64,000 nucleotides of DNA, from contig OX597822.1 of assembly GCA_951406725.2 (NCBI GenBank), positions 90,706,001-90,770,000 of the forward strand, written 5' to 3'. Positions 25,374 through 41,859 of this stretch are shown in pieces. Under the pieces are notes generated by a model. The model was not told the DNA's origin and did no database searches. It saw nothing but the letters and a program-made list of their open reading frames with translations. The position numbers and the translations under genes were made by a program. Within the stretch, counting starts at the first letter, position 1. Each line of letters opens with the position of its first letter. This DNA comes from Octopus vulgaris (lineage: Eukaryota).

Positions 25374-25674
25374 ATTGCGAAGTATTTCAGTCACATTGTG
25401 TTAGACTGGCTACAGCTTCTGCAAGTGGAAATGGGTGTGGTGGTAACAACGAATGGGAGACGAGTGTGGTAGTAGAAACGATTGGGAAGCTATTTTGCCT
25501 TGATTTTGATGTTCTCCATTCATGAAATGCAATTGAATTGCGTATGAATGGATGGATCTTATGTGTATGTGTATCTGTTTCGGCGTGTACAAGCGAAACA
25601 ACAGTGGCAACAGCAAAAGAAAATTTTAAAAATTAGATGAATGAATGGATACATAGACAAATAAATAAATAACT

Positions 25675-26583
25675 CTTTCTACTAAAGGCACGAGACCTGG
25701 AGTTTGTGGGGAGAGGGTTAGTCGATTATATCAACCTCAGCATTCGACTCGTACTTAATTTATCAACATGGAAAAGATGAAAGCCAAAGTCGACTTCGGC
25801 GGAATTTGTACTCAGAACTTAAAGACGGATGAAATGCCGCTAAACATTTTTTCCAGAGTTCTAATAATTCTTATTTCTTTACTACCCACAAGGGGCTAAA
25901 CACAGAGGGGACAAACATGGACAGACAAACGGATGAAGTCGATCATATCGACCCCAGTGCGTAACTGGTACTTAATTTATCGACCCCGAAAGGATGAAAG
26001 GCAAAGTCGACCTCGGCGGAATTTGAACTCAGAACGTAACGGCAGACGAAATACGGCTACGCATTTCGCCCGGCGTCCTTACGTTTCAGCCAGCTCGCCA
26101 GTTCTAATAATTCTGCCAGCTCGCCGCCTTAATGATACAACTAATAATCCTTTCTACAATAGGCACAAAGCCTGAAATTCTGGAGGAGGGGGCTAGCCGA
26201 TTACATCGACTCCACTGTTTAACTGATAATTATTCCATCGACCCTGAAAAAAGGCAAAGTCGACCTCGGCGGAATTTGAACTCAGAACATGAAAGCAGGC
26301 GAAATACCGCTAAGGATTTTTTTCCGGCATGCTAACGATTGTACCAGCTTGCCACCTTAAATAATAATGATTTCAAATTTTGCTACAAGGGCAGCAATTT
26401 TAGGGACGGGGATGAGTTGATAACATCGACCCCAGTATTCAACTGGTACTTATTTTATTGACCCCCGAAAGGATGAAAAGGTAAAGTCGACATCAGCGGA
26501 ATTTGAACTCAGAACGTGAATACGTGCGAAATGCATCCAAGCATTTTATCCGGTGTGCTAGCGATTCTACCAGCTCGCCGCCT
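25675..26583 (-). mobile_element. Cluster of four SINE family A copies, one nested (25872-26099) with a 15-bp TSD
   Basis: Four repeats of GAAAGGCAAAGTCGACCTCGGCGGAATTTGAACTCAGAAC; TSD AGTTCTAATAATTCT at 25857-25871 and 26100-26114. Confidence 0.88.
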
Positions 26584-26639
26584 TAAAAAATAATAGCAAT
26601 AATAATAATAATAACAATAATAATAATAATAATAATAAC

Positions 26640-26688
<49 letters not shown>

Positions 26689-26789
26689 TGTCTGGAAATG
26701 TATAAAATAGCACCTACTCTGTGAAACTTCTTGTCTGTAAGTATGAGATCATGGAGAACCACACTGACTTTGAACAGTGACAATGAATC

Positions 26790-27555
26790 TTATACTGAAA
26801 ATCACCACTCCTCTTTTGTCTAGCCTTACTTAATACCTCTCTCGAAATTGCTCAATAATGTGCAATACGGTTATAAAATGTTTGATAAAAATATAAATCA
26901 TCTCATTTACACGGATGATTTAAAGCTCTTTGCAAAAAATGACAAACAACTTCAGGGCTTACTAGCAATTGTTAAACAATTCAGTGATGACATCAGGATG
27001 CAATTTGGCCTCGATAAATGTGCAAAAGCTACCTTTATCAAAGGGAAAATGACAGAAACATCTAATGTTAATCTTGACCAGCAGAATGTCGTAAAGGAAT
27101 TAGAACCAGCGGAATTAGAACCTTAGGGGTATTTGAAGGGGACGAAATCAAATATTCAGTGATGAGGGAAAGGATCAGTAGAGAATGTTATCGCAGGGTA
27201 AGGGCAATACTCAAGACAGAGCTGAATACAAGAAACAGGATAGAAGCGATCAATGCTTTAACCATATCAGTCGTAACTTACAGCTTCAATATCATTAACT
27301 AGTCATTTACTGAAATATGTAATCTTGACAGAAAAATACGAAAATTGTTAACAATGCTAAGAATGCACCACTCTAAGGCAGATATAGAACGACTTTATCT
27401 GTCAAGAAAAGAGTGTGGCCGTGGACTATAACAACTGAAATTAACAATGAAGATTTCCACAATTGGCCTAGACACCTACCTGAACAACTCTAACGACCGG
27501 ATGTTAAAACTTGACTGAAAGCATGAAAATAAGAAAGTATCATATCCAGTTACCC
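26790..27555 (+). mobile_element. R4/Dong-like LINE RT fragment, degenerate
   Basis: INHLIYTDDLKLFAKN..FSDDIRMQFGLDKCAK, followed by LDRKIRKLL..MHHSKADIERLYL. Confidence 0.85.
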
Positions 27556-27979
27556 TCTGCAACCACCGAGCTCCTGGGTGGAGCATTTTCTGCACAATAA
27601 TGAGGGTTTTCATTCAAAACTATAGTTTGCATTATTCGATCTGATATGCTGGTCCTGCAGAGGCTGAAACAGGGAGGAAGTTCGTCTGGTAAGAACTATA
27701 TAGTATAAGGGAGTAAGGTGACGCTTGGCAGCATGATTAACAAGTTCACTGAACTAAATGGTTCTGCGTTCGAACCCAATTAGCGACTCCTTCGGTCAGT
27801 CTAACTTATCAAACATAATCTCGAGTTGACAATACATTATGAACGGAATTGTGTTGGCGAAAGCTATGCGGAAGATCATCGTGCGTGAGCGTGTGTGTAT
27901 GTGCGCGCACGTGTAGTTATATATGTATGAATGAATGTATGTAGGTATGCATGCATGTATATTTCATGCATGTATATAT

Positions 27980-28600
27980 GAAGGATTGCCTGGTTCGGAG
28001 GGTTACCAGAGGCCTGGCAGGACTAAAAACAAGACCTATGAAAAGGACAGATGAACCTCTTGTTGGTTCTACGACTATCTAGCAGTAACACAGACCTCCA
28101 AAAATTCTTAGTCGGTGTTTGGCGTGCTGGATGACCACTGGGAGTGAGGCACCCCTCAGCTTTTGTTAAAGCATGTCTTTAGGTGAAGGTCACTCTGATA
28201 TATCGCTAGATATGCAGGGAGTGGCATTGAACATTGTGGGGATCTTTTGCTAGCTCTTGAGAGCGTGGCGTTCCCACAGTCCTGAGCCTGCGACCCATAT
28301 TGGCACTGGATATCTAGCTCTGGCTTGTCTCTAGATCAGATCAATAGGGTGGAGAAGGTCTGTGAGATGTTGTGTAAGCCTTATTGGACCTAAAACTTTA
28401 GTTTGCGCACTCACCGGCAAAGCGACTTACCGATGCCTGGTCGAGTAAGAGGGTGCTGTGACGAGCATGGAAGCCGCTGGCGCGAACCCAAGTGGATCAA
28501 ACCTCGAGTGCAATAACCGAATGAACGGGCGGTGCTGACATTTTGCTTGAGAAACGGTCTACGATCGTCCTCCTTCGTCATGAGTGGACAGTCATCATGT
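27980..28600 (+). mobile_element. Probable highly decayed RTE-like LINE 3' end
   Basis: Traces of D..LDMQ..AWR and C..C...SLRTH motifs. Confidence 0.35.
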
Positions 28601-28710
28601 ATGTGTATGTAAGAACGTATATACATATGTTTGCATGTATGCAGGCATGAGCATATATTTGTATGAAAGAATATATATACGTCTGTATGCATGTGTGCAT
28701 CTGTGTGTGA

Positions 28711-28786
<76 letters not shown>

Positions 28787-28977
28787 TGTGTATATATATA
28801 TATATATATATATATGGTGTGTTTACGTCCCCGTAACTTAGCGGTTCGACAAAAGAGACCGATAGGATAAGTACTAGGCTTACAAAGAATAAGTCTTGGG
28901 GTCGATTTATTCGATTAAATAGCAGTGCTCCAGCATGGCTGCAGTCAAATGACTGAAACAAGTAAAACAATAAAAGA

Positions 28978-29120
<143 letters not shown>

Positions 29121-29269
29121 TCATAATTCATATACATACATATACATATATATATTACGATACATCATTTTCGGCCAGATTACGCACGTTATTACATTGA
29201 CGTAATATTTATGTAATCAGTAACATTTTACTATTAAATACAAAGTACAAAGTCTTTAGGTAATAGATT

Positions 29270-29712
29270 CATCAACAGTTATGCATGTCATTTTGGAAGG
29301 ATACTCTACTGACAGCAGGAAACAGTGGAGACCTGCAAGAATTAACAATGTCACAGCAACAAAATGTAGCGATGATCGAACTAGTGATCAACTCAACGAA
29401 AGCGAAAGTGATGAAAGTGGGCAATACTATGGACCAAGAAGCAGCTACCAATGTCAACCAGCCTACGATAGAAGTAGAATTCACCTGCCTAGGCAGTGTC
29501 GTCAGAAAGGCGGCTGTAGTGTTCTAGCATATGCGTTCCATCTGGGCAACCTCAGACATCAGCACTTATTTCCATCGTCCTTCCTATTGCAGTCTGTGCC
29601 ATCAAAACTTGGAAGAGTAATGTAAGGACAGATAGAAAACTAGATGTATTCCATCAAAGGTGCCTCGGAAAGATCGTGAGTGTCAACTGGTGGAACTGTG
29701 TCACAAATAATG
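29270..29712 (+). mobile_element. RTE-like LINE RT fragments
   Basis: DTLL..GDLQEL..LVINSTKAKVMK..EFTCLGSVV and RKLDVFHQRCLGKIVSVNW. Confidence 0.7.
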
Positions 29713-29865
29713 TATGATAAATAATAATAAATAATAATAAATAAAAGCAGTTAAAAACCAAATATGTTTTTGGTCTATAAAATGTTTCTTTATTTCAATA
29801 TTGTTTTATCTTCTTTTACCTAATTCTTTCTGAAATATATACCTATATTTCAGTGATACAAAGTA

Positions 29866-31126
29866 TTAGGTCGTCAAATATAAATTTGTAGTTAGGTATA
29901 TGGTAAACCTTGACAGCTGCTCATTTTGTGCCATTATTATATTTATTTCGTTATTCTAACTCATTTTGCGCTTTATAAAGTATTCATAAATCACTTTTTG
30001 CTATTTTTGTTTAGAGATGGATAAGTCGGAAATTCGATCAGTTTTGAAATATGCGTTCTTTCTTGGAAATACAGCATCAGAGATAGCTTGGAATACTAAT
30101 GGAGTATTTCATTCTAATGTTATTACACAGCAGACAGTATCAAATTGGTTTGCAAAATTTCGTTCTGGTAACTTTGACCTAACAAATGAGCAACGTGGTC
30201 GACCAGAAACAAAGGTGGATAAGACGAACTGAAAGCCACCGTCGAGTAAGACCCATGTCAAAGTGCCTGTGAATTGTCGTTGTTGTTTGGTGTTAGCAAG
30301 CAAACAATATTGACTCACCTAGTTCAAATCGGTAAAGTGAAAAAGTTAGATAAGTGGGTTCCACATGAACTCAATGAAAATCAGAAACAGCAACGTTTGG
30401 AAGCCTGCATTATTCTACTTTCTCGTCACAAAAATGAATCATTTTAAAATCAAATTGTAACATGTGATGAGAAATGGATCCAAACCGCAAACGTTCAGCA
30501 CAATGGTTGAACAAAGACGAGCCACCAAAACACAGTCCCAAAAGCAAAATTCATCAAAAGAAGCTGATGGTGTGTGTTTCGTGGTCTGGCGCAGGTGTGA
30601 TCCATTATGATTTCATTAAACCTGGCTCATCAATCACGGTCGAAGTATACTGCAGCCAACTGAACCAAATGATACAGAAACTTACAAAAAAAAAAGCAAA
30701 AAAAACAAAAAGCAATCTAGATTAGTCAACAGATCCACCCCTATTTTATTGCAAGACAACGCCAGACCACACATCGCAAAAATGACATTGGCGAAACTAA
30801 AGGAGTTGGAGTTGGAAGTTCCCCATCATCCACCATACTCACCTAATTCTTCCTCCACTGAATACCACTTCTTCCAGAATTTGAATAATTTTTTGATAGG
30901 AAAAATTTTTTAATTCCGACGATGCTGTAAAACAAGCCTTCCAAGATTTTATTGATGCTAGATTGCCAGGCTTTTACAGTTCCAGGCTGGACAAACTACC
31001 CCTGAAATAACAAAAGTGTATTGACAATATGGGTGCATACTTTGATGAATAAAACTATTCCTTTGTATTTATAAAACATTAGGAAACTTTTGTTTTTTTC
31101 TACAAATTTCATACTTGACGACCTAA
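29866..31126 (+). mobile_element. Full-length mariner (DD34D) transposon, transposase pseudogene from ATG 30017
   Basis: TA|TTAGGTCGTCAAATATAAATTTGTAG ... CTACAAATTTCATACTTGACGACCTAA|TA; WVPHEL, TCDEKW, QDNARPH, PPYSPN motifs with stops and frameshifts. Confidence 0.93.
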
Positions 31127-31164
31127 TATTATTTGTTATGTATAAAACAACGGGCCATACGCTA

Positions 31165-31225
<61 letters not shown>

Positions 31226-31234
31226 TAATAATCG

Positions 31235-32276
31235 TTTCTTTATTGGCCACAAGGGCCGAACACAAAACAAATAGAGATGATACAATACAAGGGACAAATG
31301 GAGTGTTGAACAATACCGTGTGTACTATATGTAACAAAAACAATTAACCAAACAATTAAACAATAATAATTCTCCAAAAGGGGGAAGTTCCTCACAGGGA
31401 CGACCGAGGAACCCCACACATTCTGGTTATTCCGGCTGCCAGATGCACTTCAGCAGGTGCCTCTCTCCTTCTCAACTCCTCTGGTTTACAAACGAAAGTT
31501 CAGAGTAGGCCCATTCACACGGGCCATCCTTTCCACATGTACCCACCTTTCAACAAATTTACTGGGGTGGATTGGGTGGGGAGAACTTCCCTCTTTACCC
31601 TTACTTTTCTTTTCAAGTGGAACTTGAAGAAGTCGATGAGGGACTGGCCGGAGAGGAAAGTATCTGTCTTCAGTCCTTTTAATCTCGTCCACCACACTAC
31701 CTTCTTCGCCACAGCCACCAGACAGAAGGAAACTACCTTTCCTTCCCGGCCAAAGGAAGGCGGCGGGACGATCTTCACGATGGACTCATTTGATAACCGA
31801 ATTCGTCCTACGCGCTACAACAGCTTTTCGACAAAGCTCCACACGTCAGTAATGCACGGACACTGGACGAGTGCATGCAGGACGGTGTCGTCGCCCTGCG
31901 CGCACTTCCGTGTCTCTAGAACTTGTCTCGAACCGGTACAGCTCCCTGCTAGCACTGCCAGGCCAGGAATTTCTGAGAGTTATCCATAGGGCCCGGCCTG
32001 AAAGTCCTCCAGAAAAGACCAGTTAATTGATCCCTCCCGACACCCAGAGTTTTCCCGAGGATGACGTCGCTCTTTCCCTCCACTAATGCCGTACAGAACT
32101 CTGCAGAAAGCGGAAGAGTAAGCGTTCCAGCTTGATCAGCCACAAAGTAGGGCAAGGGATGGCGATCAGGTGACAGTAGATGCAGAAGCGATGTACGCAT
32201 TCGCCAACTCCGCCCGACCTTTCAGGGACAGCTTCCTCTTTGCCTATTTCTGGGTGAGATTGGCAATCCTGCTCGA
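31235..32276 (-). mobile_element. Tx1/L1-clade LINE 3' fragment between (AAT)n tracts
   Basis: DTVLHALVQC zinc-knuckle remnant, AVAKKVVWWTR, FVERWVHV. Confidence 0.7.
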
Positions 32277-32337
32277 ATAATGATGATGATGATGAGGAGG
32301 ATGATAACAATAATAATAATAATAACAATAATAATAA

Positions 32338-32870
32338 ATGCCATGAGAGCCACTAGGCAGTGGCTCTCATGGCTTCTGATCCTAACTGATTGGAAGTGTT
32401 ATCATGTACATTGCTTTATCTTGGTATAAAAGATCGGCTACAGCAAATATTCTGCTCAATACCACAGATTTGCTTGTCATTTACTTGACCTTAATCAGTT
32501 GAGCATGTACCTTAGTGGCTGTCGATATGTGCATCTCTGATCACGAGCAGAAGTAGTGGGGGAGCATCAAAGTGTTGAGAGGATTTCTCTGGGGTTTGGA
32601 TAATTCATCTTTGGAAACATGTTTCATTCAACTTCCTTAAACAACCTTATTCAGGGACCTGCTGAGCAGGATGGGCTACTCGACCTGAAGAAAATTCTAC
32701 CTGGGCCCCACCTGCAAGGTCATGCGCTGCTTATCTTGATATGAAATCACTATGTCGTGCACATATGGTTGTGATGCATGTGCCTGGTATACCCTTATCA
32801 GGCGGGTAGTCATGATGGGTATACTTGGCTTCGTATGCTTTACTTTGATGCCATGCACTGCTCTCTCACT
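32338..32870. repeat. Unclassified interspersed repeat flanked by (AAT)n/(GAT)n
   Basis: Higher-GC 530-bp block between triplet tracts; no protein motif recognised. Confidence 0.4.
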
Positions 32871-32871
32871 C

Positions 32872-32950
32872 AATAATGATAATAATGATGATGATGGTGA
32901 TGATGATGATGATGATGATGATGACGACGACGACGGCGGCGGCGGCGGTA

Positions 32951-33006
<56 letters not shown>

Positions 33007-33016
33007 AATAATAATA
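32872..33016. repeat. Compound trinucleotide microsatellite
   Basis: (AAT/GAT)n-(GAC)n-(GGC)n-(AGC)n-(AAC)n-(AAT)n. Confidence 0.95.
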
Positions 33017-34140
33017 AGGACAAAGGACTGGATGCTGCGACTTGTGAGCGAACACGAAAGCAGCAAAAGCTGCATTCTATTGTCAAGGAAGCTTATAAGT
33101 TCGAAAGGGAACTAGACATTAACCTTGAATCAAATGAAGAACCGGAAACCACTGCTACCAAGCAAGCAAAGCGAATCAAGCAGACTGCAAAAAAGAACGG
33201 GCAGAATCAAATTGAGAGGCGGTGGATCCAGAAGCCTCTGCATGGGCAATATATTCTCCGAAGCCAAAATGCTGATGTAGACCAAGCAACAACCCATCAG
33301 TGGCTGAAGAGTTCAGGATTGAAAGCAGAAACTGAAGGCTTCATACTGGCAGCACAAGATCAAAGCTTGTTTACCAGAAATTACCAGGCTAGCGTTCTCC
33401 GAAACGGTACTGACCCTAAATGCAGATTCTGCGACACATTTGACGAAACAATAAACCATCTCGTTTCCGGATGTCCTGTGCTGACACCAAACGAATACAA
33501 AAATCGCCACGATAGAGTAGGACAGTATATACATTGGAAGATATGTAAACACTACAAATTCGGCACTCCTGCTAACTGGTATGAACATCATCCTCAGCCA
33601 GTTGTTGAAGGTAAAAATGTCACCATCCTCTGGGATTTTCCAGTCAACACTGACAGAACGATCAAGGCTAATCGACCAGACATAATTATTAAAGACAGGG
33701 AAGAAAATACCTGCAGACTAATAGAAGTAAGCGTCCCCACTGATAACAATATATTTGTAAAGGAATTCGACAAACTTAGTAAATATAAGGACCTGGAAAT
33801 CGAAATACAAAAGATGTGGAATCTTAAAACAAAAACTGTTCCTGTTATTGTAGGTGTCCTAGGTATGATAAAAAAGGGATGTCAGAAACACCTAGACAAT
33901 ATCCCTGGAGAACCATGTCACAAGGAAATCCAAAAGATTGTGCTAACAAGTACTGCCCACATCCTTAGAAAAACCCTATCAATGTAAATGTTTGTGTTGT
34001 ATTACATGGAGATATTTCTCTACTTTCCCTCCCCAAGCTTTCAGCTAAATTTCAACAACTCTTAACCTTCACTTGCCCTAGGGCGCTGGGTGTGCCCCGG
34101 CAAGTGATTGTATCAAACATGCAGATTAAAAGTAAATGAC

Positions 34141-34195
<55 letters not shown>
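33017..34195 (+). mobile_element. 5'-truncated R4/Dong-clade non-LTR retrotransposon with open zinc knuckle and restriction-like endonuclease, (AAT)n tail
   Basis: Uninterrupted frame to 33987: KPLHGQY, AAQDQSL, CRFC..ETINHLVSGC, RHD, RPDII..LIEVSVP..KLSKY; bounded by (AAT)n on both sides. Confidence 0.93.
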
Positions 34196-34196
<1 letters not shown>

Positions 34197-34689
34197 TTTC
34201 TTATATTTTCCACCAAGGTAAAGGATGATGGGGACAATACAAAGGCATAAAATGTGGGGGTTTACATATGGAATAAAGAAAAACCCCAAAAAACAGTATA
34301 AGCGGTATACACTAGAAAAAGGTAAGTATACAAAACATACGACACTAGAAGAAGAGGGGGGGAAAAGTGATAGTGATGGGGTCCTCCTGTATACAGGAGA
34401 ACCTCTAGGGATAATCAAGGAACCCCACCATCCAAGATCATCCTGAATACCAAGGACGAGTGCCCTCTCCAACTCGTTTCTTCCGACTCACAGGTCTACA
34501 CTGAGGGTGGTACCATCCACTCTTGCCATTTTAGTGTAGTGAAATATATATAGACAGCACAAGGTGTTGATGTGGCTGTGTGTATGTTATTACAAGAGTT
34601 CATACAGAGATGAAAGAATAAATTCAAGATCTATATATTTACTACATAAAAATATATTTAATTCTTCTATCGATGGTAATACACGGAAT

Positions 34690-34883
34690 GCTCAGCAGTA
34701 TTTCATCTGCAGCTACGTTCTGAGTTCAAATTCCGCCGAGGTCGACTTTGCCTTTCATCCTTTCGGGGTCGATTAAATAAGTACCAGTTACGCACTGGGG
34801 TCGGTATAATCGACTTAATCCGTTTGTCTGTCCTTTTTTGTCCTCTCTGTGTTTAGCCCCTTGTGGGTTGTGAAGAAATAGGT
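34690..34883 (+). mobile_element. SINE family A
   Basis: GAGTTCAAATTCCGCCGAGGTCGACTTTGCCTTTCATCCTTTCGGGGTCGA. Confidence 0.85.
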
Positions 34884-34978
34884 AATACACGGAATCAAAT
34901 TGTAGAGACTAGTTGAATGAAATAATCTATGCAAGAAAGTTCAGAGATAGAAAAAGTAGAACAACAGCGTTTGTAATG

Positions 34979-37850
<2,872 letters not shown>

Positions 37851-37869
37851 TACAGGTCCAGTGTGAGTG

Positions 37870-38625
37870 GAATCTCACTAAAAGTTTCAATAGGAGAGCT
37901 GTTGACTACTTGAAGAGATATGTCAGAAGCGAAAAGTTTTTCTTTAACAAATTTAGACGGCCAGATACTTCCCAATTCTTATCTGTCTGGACGTCGGGAC
38001 CAAACCAGACCCCGAGCAGTTTAACTGGCCCGTCAGTCCAGCGTCCGATGGCATCGATCTGCCTCTCCAGGTGCCCAGTCACAATCCCACCAACTTGTTG
38101 GTGCTGATTTTGGCCCCTGCTACTTACTCATATTCCCTTACAATAGAGCCGACTATCTCCACTTCACGTACGCCAACACTGCCCTCCCAAGTCCAATTTC
38201 GAAAGAGAGGCTTCTTAACAGTTCTAACTTCCGCAGCAGTGGTTCGAGAGTCAGCACATACAGAAAAGGTGACAGCAAGCAGTCTTGACGGACCGAACGT
38301 GCGATACAAAACAGTTCCGATAGGTGGCCATTTACTTTGACCACCGAGCAAGTGTCACTGTGCATTGCAGCAATCCTGCCTCTGAAAACAGATCCGAAAC
38401 CGGCCGCTTTAAGGACGGCTTCCAAGTAGCGATGGTCGACCCTACTGAAAGCTTTCGACTGATCTAAATTGATCAGATCCCTACCGAAGCAATCTTTAGT
38501 CCCAGCCCTCCCTACGATGTATCGCATAAGGTGGAGGTTGTTGTGAATAAACCTGCTCGGGATTGCACCCGTTTGTGCCTCCTCGACCAGACTTCCGATG
38601 ACAAGCGCCAACCTGGCAGGGGAGA
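37870..38625 (-). mobile_element. Tx1/L1-clade LINE RT fragment
   Basis: LINLDQSKAFSRVDH, SVRQDCLLSPFLYVLTLEPLL. Confidence 0.85.
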
Positions 38626-38689
38626 AGGTGGGATAAAGAAGCAAACCGAACGTTAATTGAATGCTGGATCAGAAATTAACCCAGTAGAA

Positions 38690-39816
38690 GGGGATTCCAT
38701 GAAAGCATTTTGGAATGAAATAGGACTCTTCGAAATAAATGAGCAACGGCTAGCCCACCAGGCAAGAGCAATAAGAGCAAAAGGGTGGTTAAACGGACAT
38801 GGAAATTGAAGAGATAAAAAGGAAAATAGAAAACAGAAATAATACTTCACCAGCAGATAATACCCCAAGTGAGGACAGAGAAATGAATAGCGGCAGTGAA
38901 GATGTAGAGCAAAATGTAAATGTGTTCTCAGCAAATGAAGCTGAAGTAATGGGAAGAGCTCTGTCACAAGAATACGATGATGACCAACAAGACATAGTGA
39001 GGATGTTGTGCCGATATATTAGAGAAGACAAGGATCAAGCACCCCACCCACCAATCTGAGGTACATTGATCGACGCAAACTCAAAGTTGAAACCGAAAAG
39101 ATAGATTCGGTCCTTGGGCTTATTCCAGACCGGAAATATAACTGAAACTAACAAAATTTTTGGGGGCTGCAGCTATGGTTACTGCAGATAGAACTGGATA
39201 CAAAAGAAGAGAACAACCATACCGGCGTAGACGAATTTGTGAGAAACAAAGTTTAAAAATCATTTAGAACAAGTTTATAGATTGAATAGAGGGGAAATGC
39301 AGAATGAAAGCATGAGAATAATCGTTTCTGCTAAAGGCACACGGCCTGAAATCTGGAGGAAGGGTCCTAGTCGATTACATCGACCCCAGTATTTCATTGG
39401 TACTTAATCTATCGACTCTAAAAGGATGAACGGTAAAGTTGACCTCGGCGGAATTTGAACTCAGAATGTAAGGACGGACGAAATGCCGCTAAGCATTTCG
39501 CCCGGCGTGGTAACGATTCTGCCAGCTAGGAAAGAACGTCTATCTACGAATATATAATTCTCTTGTGTTTTTGTCCGTCACAAGAAATGACTGACGAAGG
39601 AAGGGATGATGACAATCTGAACTGTGTCTGTGTATGTATATGTATAACGAATTGGCTACACACATTGGTTATTGTGATTATGTGAATGTGTGCGTGTGTA
39701 AAATATATTTATATATCCACCGATAGAAGTGGGATGGCGAAAATTCAACGGTGAAAAAAAAATCAAACAGCGCTTCAACTCTGTGTGAGTATATGTGTGT
39801 ACGTATGTGCGTGTGA

Positions 39817-39867
<51 letters not shown>

Positions 39868-40335
39868 TGTAAAATATATTTATATATAATATTTGAGCGA
39901 GTGTATATGTGTTTGTGTATGTTTATTTAGTAAGATACATAGAAAATACAATTACAGACGCGCATTTACACATATATATAAACAAACACACTTAACAATG
40001 AAGGAAGCAGGATGCGACAAAGTATAGACAACCGCGAACGCTACAGACTGTGCTACTCATACATATTAATGTATACATATGCACACACGCACGGTCACTC
40101 CCCCGCCCCACACGCACGCACATACTGACGACACGGGGTCAGAATAAGAGATGAAAGGTATGATTTGATATTGAAAGAATTGAAACAAAGAGTAGAAGAA
40201 ATCAAAACAAAACTGGAAAGATATGACAATGGAACAAAACAATTCAGACGAAACAGATTGTTTGAAGCAAACCAGAAAAAAACTGTTTCAGGAACTAGAT
40301 GGACAATTACACGTAACAATGATACCAGACACATA
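38690..40335 (+). mobile_element. R4/Dong-like LINE N-terminal fragments (38690-39318, 40135-40335) split by a SINE (39322-39527, minus) and simple repeats
   Basis: EQRLAHQARAIRAKGWL..EIEEIK and ELKQRV..LERY..QFRRNRLFEANQK. Confidence 0.7.
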
Positions 40336-40339
40336 AGAA

Positions 40340-41712
40340 AGCATATTCGCTCAGTTCCCTGAAGTCTAGCACCGGTCGAACCTTATTCTTTGTCGGCTGA
40401 ACCACAGCCATCAACGGCAGCACATCGCCTGTCGTCTCCTCACTCCATGGCATCAGAATGCCCTCTTCTATCCACCTGTTCACCTCTGTCTCGAATTCAA
40501 ACCTGGCTTCTCCTTTCAGGGTGTGCTCGTAGCAGCTCACCCTGTTTCTCAGTACGAGAGGTTCTCCTTCCAAGAAGTATTCCTGTGTCCATTTTTCGCC
40601 GTCGAACTCAGCACGGAAGTCCTCGTCTTCAACGGAAGACCCTCTCTGTGCCAGTAATCCGTGACCCTTAGTTTTCTTTCTCCGCTCCACACTCGTGGCA
40701 CGCAGCACACTGGTTACCAAACTACTCCTGCCCCGCCAACCGTCACACCGTCCAATCGTGTAATCACGTCCGTTCCGACCACTACGTCGATGCCGTCCAC
40801 CACCTCGTCAACTACAATTCCCTAAAGCCTCAACAAGGACCCCTGTATCTCCATTTCCATGTCGCTGACGCCCTTGCATTTGAGCTCCCTATTATCTACC
40901 GCTCTGAGCCTGGTGTTTCCTCTCTAGTTCTCGGCTATTGTTGCAGTCACCAGGGTTGTATCCAATAGGGTTCGTGCGTCCCCCGCCCCCACCATAAGCC
41001 TCACTACAGGCAACATTCGGTAGTGCGCCTTCAATTGATCGTGGAGGGAGCTAGCGGCGCAGTTGTCCTCCTTTGTTCATTTCCCTCCTTGCAGTTATTC
41101 GCTATGTGCTCAGGGTGGCCGTATCGGAAACACACCACCATTAGCTTCGGTTCCGTTAATCCCCTGACCATGTGAGAACCTCGACATCTGAAGCAAGGTT
41201 CCTTGGCCGTTCGCCTCGCTAGGCTCTTGCTATCGTTGTTTGCTACCTGCCTCTTCGCTCCGCTCGTATCCGTCGTCACTATTGCCGCTATGTCGTGAGT
41301 GTCGCTTTATGACAACGCCCACGATTTGTCGATCATCACTCCTACCAACATCGTTTCAATGTCCGGCATCTACTGCAGACGTACAGAGATATGGTCGGAG
41401 AAGTCGGTCACAAAAACAGCTTCACCATCCGCTCCATTGCTGCTCCAGAAAGCCCTGCTAGGCCCACCAACCTCCTAATATCGTTCACGTAATCATTTAT
41501 CTGCTAGCCGGTCCATCTCACTCTCCCGAGCTTGCTGTAAGCTTTACAAGCCCGTCCCATGTACGCGTCCTTCAGCCGCTCTTCAATTTTTTTCCCACTT
41601 TCTCTTGGTCCGCGTCATCCATCTCCAGATAGAGATTCAGTGCACTGCCTTCTAAGTACAACAGCGTAAAGCTAGCCACATCTATTCTCTGCAGCTTCGC
41701 CACAAATCACTA
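40340..41712 (-). mobile_element. Ty3/Gypsy gag-protease-RT start remnant
   Basis: Zinc knuckles CFRCRGSH and CFRYGHPEHIANNC; LLDT protease trace; EVNRWIEEGILMP..KNKVRPVLDFREL. Confidence 0.8.
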
Positions 41713-41859
41713 CCGATTCTGATTTTTGTGGTCATTACAAAAAAAAAAAAAAAAAAAAAAACCCAGCAAGAGCAACAGAAAAATATAAAAGATCCACTTC
41801 TCGGACGTATCCTCACAGCTGGTAACAACGTGCCGAAATAGCACGTTGGTTAGAAGGCA

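Noticed and set aside
30017-31052. Domesticated SETMAR-like gene
   Set aside because: Stops and frameshifts, intact TIRs with TA TSD, no SET domain.
32752-33987. 411-aa ORF as a host gene with signal peptide and low-complexity linker
   Set aside because: Chance fusion of an upstream repeat, a microsatellite and a truncated Dong/R4 ORF.
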